From contig NC_017039.1 of NCBI RefSeq assembly GCF_000284455.1, positions 2,100,001-2,132,000 of the forward strand: a stretch of DNA of 32,000 nt. The letters are read 5' to 3'. Below the pieces are notes generated by a model. The model had not been told where the DNA came from. It saw only the letters and a list, made by a program, of their open reading frames with translations, and ran no database searches. The position numbers were made by a program, and so were the translations under genes. Shown here piece after piece: positions 25,995 to 32,000 of the stretch. The DNA is from Synechocystis sp. PCC 6803 substr. PCC-P. Its GTDB lineage: Bacteria; Cyanobacteriota; Cyanobacteriia; Cyanobacteriales; Microcystaceae. How positions within the stretch are numbered: the stretch's first letter is position 1; each line of letters begins with the position of its first letter.

Positions 25995-26351
25995 GTGACT
26001 ACCCTAAACTACGTTGAATTGGTCAAGTTTCTTGTCCGTCCCTTTTTGGAAAAGCCCGATGATCTGAAGGTGGACTGTGAGGTGTTTCGACAAAATAGCC
26101 GGGTTTGGATTCGGTTAGCCCTAGGGGACGAAGACCGGGAAAGGCTCCTTAGCCGGGGAGGGAGGAGTTTGCAAACCATTCGCACCCTACTTACCACCGC
26201 CGCTGACCAGATGGAACAGTCAGCCTTCCTAGAGATATACCTCACCGATTCCGTTGGGAAATCGACCCCCCTACGCCGTCGTCGCTCCTCTGCTGGCCCC
26301 GCCCCTGTCCGTCGTTCCCGCAGTCGGGGAGAGTCCGTTAATCGCTACTAG
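25995..26351 (+). CDS. KH-domain RNA-binding protein (YlqC/UPF0109 family) with an Arg/Ser/Pro-rich C-terminal tail
   Basis: GTG start. The N-terminus LVKFLVRPFLEKPDDLKVD...GRSLQTIRTLL is typical of the small KH protein usually encoded next to rpsP. There is an extra tail of about 35 aa, TPLRRRRSSAGPAPVRRSRSRGES. Confidence 0.8.
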   Translation: MTTLNYVELVKFLVRPFLEKPDDLKVDCEVFRQNSRVWIRLALGDEDRERLLSRGGRSLQTIRTLLTTAADQMEQSAFLEIYLTDSVGKSTPLRRRRSSAGPAPVRRSRSRGESVNRY

Positions 26352-26593
26352 GGGCAACGGTTTTCTCAGACAACATAACTTGGAAAGTTTTCTAATTTAT
26401 CTCTGGGTAATGGGGTAGTAGTATCTGTTTGTAATATTTCTTCATATTGTGATCCAACGATGTCGACCCATTTACGCTTCCCCTTGGGAGGCAAAGAAAT
26501 GGGTCGTTGTTTTTGTATCTATATTGTCTATTTTAAAAAATCATCTTGCGTATGATTGGGGGGTTTGTAAATTCTGAAATAGAGATTTAGTCC

Positions 26594-28768
26594 ATGACTG
26601 GAAACGCCGCCCGCACCCAATCAGTTCACCAAATCATCAATCGACCTCTATCTTCTGGCAAGAAGTTATCCCGCCTGGAAGATATGTGGGCTGAGAACGT
26701 TTTTAATTTGAGCAAAATGCAGGCCAGTCTTCCTAAAGGCGTTTTCAAATCAATTAAAAATACTATTACCACTGGCGAAAAATTGGACCCTTCCGTTGCT
26801 GATGCAGTGGCCACTGCTATGCGGGACTGGGCCATGGGGAAAGGGGCAATGTACTATGCCCACGTTTTCTATCCCATGACCAACCTCTCGGCGGAAAAGC
26901 ACGATGGCTTTATTTCTGTACAGGGGGATGGCAATGTCATTTCAGAGTTTTCCGGCAAAGTTCTAGTACAAGGGGAACCGGACGGCTCTTCTTTTCCCAA
27001 CGGTGGCATTCGGGATACCTTTGAGGCTAGGGGCTACACGGGATGGGACGTAACCAGTCCTGCCTACATTATGGAAACGGATAATGGTTCCACCCTATGT
27101 ATTCCGACGGTGTTTGTTTCCTGGACAGGGGAAGCGTTGGATAAAAAAGTGCCCCTATTGCGGTCCATTGCGGCCATGGATAAGGCGGCCCGCAAGGTGC
27201 TCAGTTTGTTGGGTAACGAAGACATTGCCCACGTTAATTCTAGTTGTGGGGCGGAGCAGGAATATTTTTTGGTGGATGCCAATTTTGCTAGCCAACGGCC
27301 GGACCTACTCCTCGCCGGACGGACTTTGTTTGGCAAGCTCCCGGCTAAGGGTCAGGAATTCGATGACCATTATTTTGGCGCTATTCCTGAACGGGTGCAG
27401 GTGTTCATGCAGGACGTGGAGGAGACCCTTTATAAGTTGGGTATTCCAGCTAAAACTCGCCATAATGAAGTGGCTCCCGGCCAGTTCGAAATTGCGCCCT
27501 TTTTTGAAGCGGCTAACGTGGCCAGTGACCACCAACAATTGTTAATGACGGTACTGAAAAATACGGCCAAAAAACATGGCTTTGTCTGTCTACTCCATGA
27601 AAAGCCTTTTGCGGGCATCAACGGTTCCGGTAAGCACGTTAACTGGTCAGTGGGTAACTCCACCCAGGGTAATTTGCTTGATCCCGGCGATTCTCCCCAC
27701 GATAATGCCCAATTCCTCGTTTTTTGCGGTGCAGTGATTCGGGGAGTGCACAAATACGGCCCTCTGATGCGGGCGGCGATCGCCACGGCTAGTAATGACC
27801 ACCGTTTGGGGGCCAACGAAGCTCCCCCGGCCATTATGTCCGTTTATCTGGGTACCCAATTAGAAGAGGTGTTTGAACAGATCAAAACCGGCAGTGTGAA
27901 GGATTCCAAGAAAAAAGGCGTGATGGATCTGGGAGTTGATGTACTTCCAGATTTAACCAAGGACGCTGGCGATCGAAACCGTACTTCTCCCTTTGCCTTC
28001 ACTGGTAACCGTTTTGAATTCCGAGCAGTGGGCTCCAGTCAGTCGGTTTCTGGTCCGCTAATTGTGCTGAACACCATGCTGGCTGACTCCCTTAACTGGA
28101 TTGGCGATCGTCTGGAGGCGGAGTTGGCCAAGGGATTGGACTTGGACACTGCCATTTTGACGGTGCTGAAGGAAATTATGGAAAACCACGGCCAGGTAAT
28201 TTTTGGTGGCAATGGCTATTCCGAAGAATGGCATAAAATGGCAGTGGAAGAACGGGGTTTGGCCAACTTGCGTACTACTGCCGATGCTTTGCCGGTGCTG
28301 AAGGAGAAGTATATCGAAGACCTATTTGAAAAAACTGGTGTATTGACTCCAGTGGAGTTGGAAAGCCGCTTTGAAGTCTACGCTGAGCAGTACATCCTCT
28401 CCATTGAAGTGGAAGCCAAACTGGTGGTCAGCATGGCCAAAACGGTCATTTATCCAGCGGCAGTGGAATACCTGTCCAAACTTTCCTCCACCATTGCCAG
28501 CCTCAGTGGTTTAGGCATTGATTTTGAAAAGGAAAGTGCCAAAAAGATCGCTGATTTGACCAACCAAATGGTCGGTGCTGTCGCCAAACTAAGTGAAGCT
28601 ATGGCTAAACACGACTTTGCCAACACCGAAGAGAAGTTGCAGTATTGCGCCCAAACTCTCCGTCCCCTGATGGATGAAGTACGGACTTTTGCCGATGCCC
28701 TGGAAGGGGAAATTGCCGATAGTTTCTGGCCCCTGCCTACCTACCAGGAAATGTTGTTTATCAAATAG
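26594..28768 (+). CDS. glnN: Glutamine synthetase type III
   Basis: 724 aa. Length and sequence are characteristic of GSIII (GlnN): an N-terminal GSIII domain and a catalytic core with [18 protein letters not shown] and [13 protein letters not shown]. Confidence 0.95.
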   Translation: MTGNAARTQSVHQIINRPLSSGKKLSRLEDMWAENVFNLSKMQASLPKGVFKSIKNTITTGEKLDPSVADAVATAMRDWAMGKGAMYYAHVFYPMTNLSAEKHDGFISVQGDGNVISEFSGKVLVQGEPDGSSFPNGGIRDTFEARGYTGWDVTSPAYIMETDNGSTLCIPTVFVSWTGEALDKKVPLLRSIAAMDKAARKVLSLLGNEDIAHVNSSCGAEQEYFLVDANFASQRPDLLLAGRTLFGKLPAKGQEFDDHYFGAIPERVQVFMQDVEETLYKLGIPAKTRHNEVAPGQFEIAPFFEAANVASDHQQLLMTVLKNTAKKHGFVCLLHEKPFAGINGSGKHVNWSVGNSTQGNLLDPGDSPHDNAQFLVFCGAVIRGVHKYGPLMRAAIATASNDHRLGANEAPPAIMSVYLGTQLEEVFEQIKTGSVKDSKKKGVMDLGVDVLPDLTKDAGDRNRTSPFAFTGNRFEFRAVGSSQSVSGPLIVLNTMLADSLNWIGDRLEAELAKGLDLDTAILTVLKEIMENHGQVIFGGNGYSEEWHKMAVEERGLANLRTTADALPVLKEKYIEDLFEKTGVLTPVELESRFEVYAEQYILSIEVEAKLVVSMAKTVIYPAAVEYLSKLSSTIASLSGLGIDFEKESAKKIADLTNQMVGAVAKLSEAMAKHDFANTEEKLQYCAQTLRPLMDEVRTFADALEGEIADSFWPLPTYQEMLFIK

Positions 28769-28776
28769 TGCATATC

Positions 28777-28817
28777 ACCCCAGGGGGATGGGTAAAACCA
28801 TCTCCCAATGCTGGGGT
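28777..28817 (+). terminator. Extended stem-loop 9 nt downstream of the glnN stop. It may mark the transcript 3' end or act as a stabiliser.
   Basis: The outer stem ACCCCAG (28777-28783) pairs with CTGGGGT (28811-28817), 7 bp perfect. The inner stem GGGGATGG (28784-28791) pairs with CCATCTCC (28798-28805), 8 bp with one G-U. The loop is 6 nt. No U-tract follows, so intrinsic-terminator function is uncertain. Confidence 0.4.
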
Positions 28818-28931
28818 AAACCAGCTTAAAGTCCCCTCAAGCTTTTGGAAGTTTGGGGGGATTAATGATCGGGAAATTGCTGATTTTTTAGATATACCTT
28901 TAAAATTGGTCAATAGATTTGATTAAAACCC

Positions 28932-29366
28932 ATGAAAAACCAACTTTACGAAACGGATTTTGTACGGTGGACAGAAGAACAGGCACAATATATTCAACAA
29001 AATGACTTGGAATCCATTGACTGGCAAAATATTCAGGAAGAAATAAGTGCCTTGGGTCGCAGTGAAAAACATGAGCTAGAAAATCGTCTTGAAGTTCTCC
29101 TGGAGCATCTGTTAAAACGAGGCTATATCAATAGCGCTTACGATAATCGTGGCTGGGAAATTACTATTAAAGAACAACGAAAGAAAATTCGACGGTTATT
29201 ACGAGATTCCCCTAGTTTAAAGAATTACGGCGAGGCCTTAATTCCAGAAATCTGGCAGGAGGCACGCTCTGATATCCAAGACATTTATCCGACTACTCCA
29301 CTGCCCACAATCAATCCATTTGGTGAAAGTTTGGATCAATTATTAACGGTTACTTTTTGGCAATAA
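28932..29366 (+). CDS. DUF29 family protein
   Basis: 144 aa. LYETDFVRWTEEQAQYIQQNDLESIDWQNIQEEISALGRSEKHELENRLEVLLEHLLK is the DUF29 signature. This multi-copy family is abundant in cyanobacteria. The gene is AT-rich. Confidence 0.85.
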   Translation: MKNQLYETDFVRWTEEQAQYIQQNDLESIDWQNIQEEISALGRSEKHELENRLEVLLEHLLKRGYINSAYDNRGWEITIKEQRKKIRRLLRDSPSLKNYGEALIPEIWQEARSDIQDIYPTTPLPTINPFGESLDQLLTVTFWQ

Positions 29367-29442
29367 AAAAGACCTCCAACTCAGAATCGAGGGGAGATCT
29401 TGCTAGTTTTTACGGAGTTCGATGGTTTACTTCTCTATTTTT

Positions 29443-29925
29443 CTAGAAGTAGATGGTGCCACCCCACCGTTCATCTAATTTGGGAGCAATGAGGGTGTAA
29501 CCAGCCACATCAAAGATGTCGTCTTCGGTGTAGTTTCTCATTTCTGGGTAGATGTCGGGACGGGAAATATTGGGATGTAATTCCGAATAGTCATCTTCAC
29601 CGTCATAACTCTTGGGATTCTTGAGAAATTCCACCAAGGCCAGGACGTTGTCCCGACGGGGCTCGGCACCAGCCAAGTCTGCCAAGCCTAAACTAACGTT
29701 ATTATTAGTTTTGGTTTTACCCTGGAGGTGACATTGGGTGCAGGTGTCCACAAAAATCTTTTGGCCGTTGGTGAACTGGCGGGCGGTTAAGGTTGTGGTG
29801 CCACCGGCTTCATCGAGGGGAATGGTGCGGGTGCTTTCGGTTAACTCCACCGCATTGGCACTGCCGACCATGGTGTTAAAGAAAAATAGGACAGAGGCGA
29901 TCGCCACCAGAAAAAAGCGTTTCAC
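29443..29925 (-). CDS. psbV: Photosystem II extrinsic cytochrome c-550 (PsbV)
   Basis: It has a signal peptide (...MVGSANA), the heme motif CTQCH, and the C-terminus ...WGGTIYF. The ORF is open from a TTG at 29940. The GTG at 29925 lies 7 nt downstream of a GAGGAG Shine-Dalgarno sequence and gives the 160-aa precursor I remember for Synechocystis PsbV. Confidence 0.95.
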   Translation of the reverse strand: MKRFFLVAIASVLFFFNTMVGSANAVELTESTRTIPLDEAGGTTTLTARQFTNGQKIFVDTCTQCHLQGKTKTNNNVSLGLADLAGAEPRRDNVLALVEFLKNPKSYDGEDDYSELHPNISRPDIYPEMRNYTEDDIFDVAGYTLIAPKLDERWGGTIYF

Positions 29926-30083
29926 AAAGGTTCTCCTCAAACTGTTGGTATAAGGGGTGAGAAAGGGAATCGGTCAATTCTCAATCTTTTTAAAAATAGG
30001 GTTTTAATCAAGTATGCCAAGAAAATCGAGGGTTTTTGCTCGGTCAGTATGGGAACAGGAGCCATAGCAACCAGCCGACAATG

Positions 30084-30284
30084 TCAGGAAAGGCCCCCTA
30101 ACTCAGAAGCAGATTGCTGGCGGTGTAGAATTTGCATAATCACCGCTTTAGCGTCCTCTAGGGCAAGGTTAGTATCCTGGTTTTTGTAGGCTATGCCGAG
30201 TTGGTCGCACAGGTCGAAAACCGACTGCACAGTCAGATCGTACTCTGTGGCAATGGACTGAATCGACAGATCCGCAAACCCCAT
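30084..30284 (-). CDS. Small protein with an IF-2 N-terminal-domain-like (IF2_N) helix-turn-helix
   Basis: 66 aa. SIQSIATEYDLTVQSVFDLCDQLGIAYKNQDTNLALEDAKAVI fits the IF2_N pattern (ve.lA.e....…...L..lGi.......L..e.a..i). It is a stand-alone ORF divergent from cbiX. Confidence 0.5.
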   Translation of the reverse strand: MGFADLSIQSIATEYDLTVQSVFDLCDQLGIAYKNQDTNLALEDAKAVIMQILHRQQSASELGGLS

Positions 30285-30541
30285 AAAATTTAATTGCTAT
30301 GGTTTACCGAAAGATTGAGCGGTATAACTATCATGCCATTCTCGGTTCCCTTTGCCACAGCCTGCCGCCGGGGATCTAACCGAGATATGCTGTGCCCTAT
30401 GCCATTGCTGGAAAAGATCCCGCCGCATTTGGGGGCTTTGGGCCGTTGGAAGCTCTGAATTTGGTTAAAATCGTCACCCCAGGGTAGGGATGTGTTGATT
30501 AAGATATATTAAGCCCAACTTCCCATCACCCCTAATCAACC

Positions 30542-31372
30542 TTGTCCACTGCCTATCTGTTGGTTGCCCACGGTAGCCGTGATCCCCGTCCCCAGATCGC
30601 CCTCGATCGCCTGACTTACCTAGTGGGTCAATTTTTACCCAGACCCCGCCCCCTGGAAAGCAAGAAAGGGTTAGCTAAGCGCAATGGGGCGGAAACTTGG
30701 CGGGCGTATTATTCCGGAGGATTATTAACGGAGGTAAATCAGGGGAAGCAACTGGAACCGCCGGTGTTTAGTGCCAGCTTGGAGGCCCAGGCGTTACCTC
30801 TCCATCAACAGTTGGTAAACTTAGCCGAAAACCTGATTCCCCAGGGGGTCAAACGGATTGTCATTCTGCCCCTGTTTCTGCTTATGGGAGTACATACCTG
30901 TGAAGACTTGCCCCAGGCCATTGCCCAGGCCAAAGCGGAGTTGGGTAATAGCATCTCCATTCACTGTTTGCCCATTTTGGGGGTTTATCCCTGGCTACCA
31001 GCCTTACTAGAAAAGTCTTTCCTGCAGTACCAAAACCAACCCCAGGCGGAGAGAATCCTCTTGGCCCACGGTAGTAAACGGGCCGGTGGTAATTTGGCGA
31101 TCGCCACGGTGGCGGAAAAATTAGGGGCCAGGGCAGCCTACTGGAAAGGGGGCATTAGTTTGAACACCGTCCTGGGGGAAATTAAGACGCCGGGGGAAGT
31201 TGTGATTTTGCCTTACTTTCTATTTGCCGGAGGATTGACAGACCTGATCAGAAAAGAGCGGGAACAACTCCAATTGGTCCATGGCCAGCTCCGCCTGCAA
31301 TTGGGGGAACCCCTGGGGCCCCAACCGTTGCTGGCCCAGTTAATTGCCACGGAACTACAGCGTTTTAACTAG
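30542..31372 (+). CDS. cbiX: CbiX/SirB-type sirohydrochlorin chelatase (two-lobed, long form)
   Basis: TTG start. The two homologous halves begin LLVAHGSRDPR and ILLAHGSKR. The motif VILPLFLLMGVHTCEDLP matches the CbiX PlfL..G.H..eDiP pattern. The N-terminal lobe carries an insertion of about 40 aa. Confidence 0.72.
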   Translation: MSTAYLLVAHGSRDPRPQIALDRLTYLVGQFLPRPRPLESKKGLAKRNGAETWRAYYSGGLLTEVNQGKQLEPPVFSASLEAQALPLHQQLVNLAENLIPQGVKRIVILPLFLLMGVHTCEDLPQAIAQAKAELGNSISIHCLPILGVYPWLPALLEKSFLQYQNQPQAERILLAHGSKRAGGNLAIATVAEKLGARAAYWKGGISLNTVLGEIKTPGEVVILPYFLFAGGLTDLIRKEREQLQLVHGQLRLQLGEPLGPQPLLAQLIATELQRFN

Positions 31373-31375
31373 GTT

Positions 31376-31855
31376 TTAACTAGGGGGCAATAGCTCTTTT
31401 AAATCCATGGCCCAGTCCTGGGCTGTCAGGGCGATGCTCCTTCCTTCTCCTTGGTGGCACAGTTGAATTTGTAAATACTGACTTGGTAGTTGCGGTAATC
31501 TTTCCGGCCACTCGACCGCGGTAATACCCAAGGGAAAATCTTCCCCTTGCCAATATTGTTCCGGGTATAAATACTCGACTTCAAGGGTGTTAAGTCGATA
31601 CAAATCCAGATGGTAAAGGGGCATCTTACCTTCCCGATACTCATTAACAATGGTGAAAGTGGGACTGACAATTTCCCCCGTAATGCCCAACCCCCGGCCA
31701 AGGCCCTGGACTAAGCTAGTTTTCCCCGCTCCCAAATCCCCCTGCAACAAAATAATGGTGCCCAGCGGTAACTGTTGGGCCAATTGTTGTCCCCATTGAT
31801 CGGTAGCATTTAGGTCAGGGAGAAAAAATTCCATGGAGTTTTCATTCATCGGCAA
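31376..31855 (-). CDS. tsaE: tRNA t6A37 biosynthesis ATPase TsaE (YjeE family)
   Basis: 159 aa. P-loop GDLGAGKTSLVQGLGRGLGI, followed by VSPTFTIVNEY and LYHLDLYRL, which are TsaE hallmarks. Confidence 0.85.
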   Translation of the reverse strand: MPMNENSMEFFLPDLNATDQWGQQLAQQLPLGTIILLQGDLGAGKTSLVQGLGRGLGITGEIVSPTFTIVNEYREGKMPLYHLDLYRLNTLEVEYLYPEQYWQGEDFPLGITAVEWPERLPQLPSQYLQIQLCHQGEGRSIALTAQDWAMDLKELLPPS

Positions 31856-32000
31856 ATGGGAAACGTTTTAAGAATATTTGGACGAGTTTTATGGGGATGG
31901 GGCCGCCTTGGCAATGCTGACCCCTAGGCCTACCAAAATTTGTTAAGCTTTGTATCTAATTAGAGCCAATCTGTAACATTTTTTGACAGATCCAGTCCAG

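Noticed and set aside
26352-26593. NtcA binding site (GTA-N8-TAC) upstream of glnN, expected because glnN is nitrogen-regulated
   Set aside because: No perfect GTA-N8-TAC is present. The near matches are GTA-N8-TAA (26421-26434) and GTC-N8-TAC (26462-26475). Neither sits about 22 nt upstream of a convincing TAN3T -10 box (TATTGT at 26445 is too close; TATATT at 26520 is too far). I cannot call the site from sequence alone.
29367-29442. Bidirectional terminator between the convergent DUF29 and psbV genes
   Set aside because: Only a 4-bp stem (CCTC/GAGG) with a 12-nt loop could be drawn, flanked by A- and T-runs. That is too weak to annotate.
30285-30541. Cobalamin riboswitch upstream of cbiX
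   Set aside because: The conserved B12-box and the GGUGAAAAUCC/GCCACUG core elements are not recognisably present, and only loose partial matches occur. A covariance-model scan would be needed to overturn this.
1-32000. CRISPR arrays, IS elements or transposases, integrases, rRNA and tRNA genes
   Set aside because: I saw no spaced direct-repeat arrays, no transposase- or integrase-like ORFs in any frame of the track, and no rRNA- or tRNA-like sequence in the intergenic regions I read.

Overview
This is a cyanobacterial chromosomal segment. From memory of the gene set, not a database search, it is almost certainly Synechocystis sp. PCC 6803. The set is nhaS2, ndhV, nusB, priA, desD, rpsP, glnN, psbV and tsaE. 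The HIP1 octamer GCGATCGC occurs about once per kb (32 copies counted by eye). I support 27 protein-coding genes. I found no rRNA, tRNA, CRISPR array, transposase or prophage. Most genes are housekeeping or photosynthesis and nitrogen core genes. Two regions are not explained by known pathways. (1) At 13.9-19.0 kb on the minus strand, five genes are tightly packed with overlapping stop/start junctions. They encode the delta-6 desaturase DesD, an orphan protein of about 240 aa, a Rieske non-heme iron oxygenase, a ferritin-like di-iron protein and an AurF-like di-iron oxygenase. No reductase gene is present. I read this as a candidate uncharacterised oxidative tailoring module, possibly lipid-linked. 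(2) At 21.8-24.1 kb lies a markedly AT-rich, HIP1-free island of roughly 30-35% GC by spot counts, against about 48% in the flanks. It carries a translationally coupled pair: a SplB/COG1533-like radical SAM enzyme and a class I SAM methyltransferase with an unknown N-terminal domain of about 190 aa. Other notable items are an RCK-pore-RCK ion channel with a non-canonical TGAGG filter and a 1578-aa c-di-GMP protein with two extracytoplasmic sensor domains. There is also a tandem GTTTAAAC palindrome in an intergenic region, and a pentapeptide-repeat gene with no canonical start codon upstream of its signal peptide. All functional calls come from reading motifs in the translations. No searches were run.
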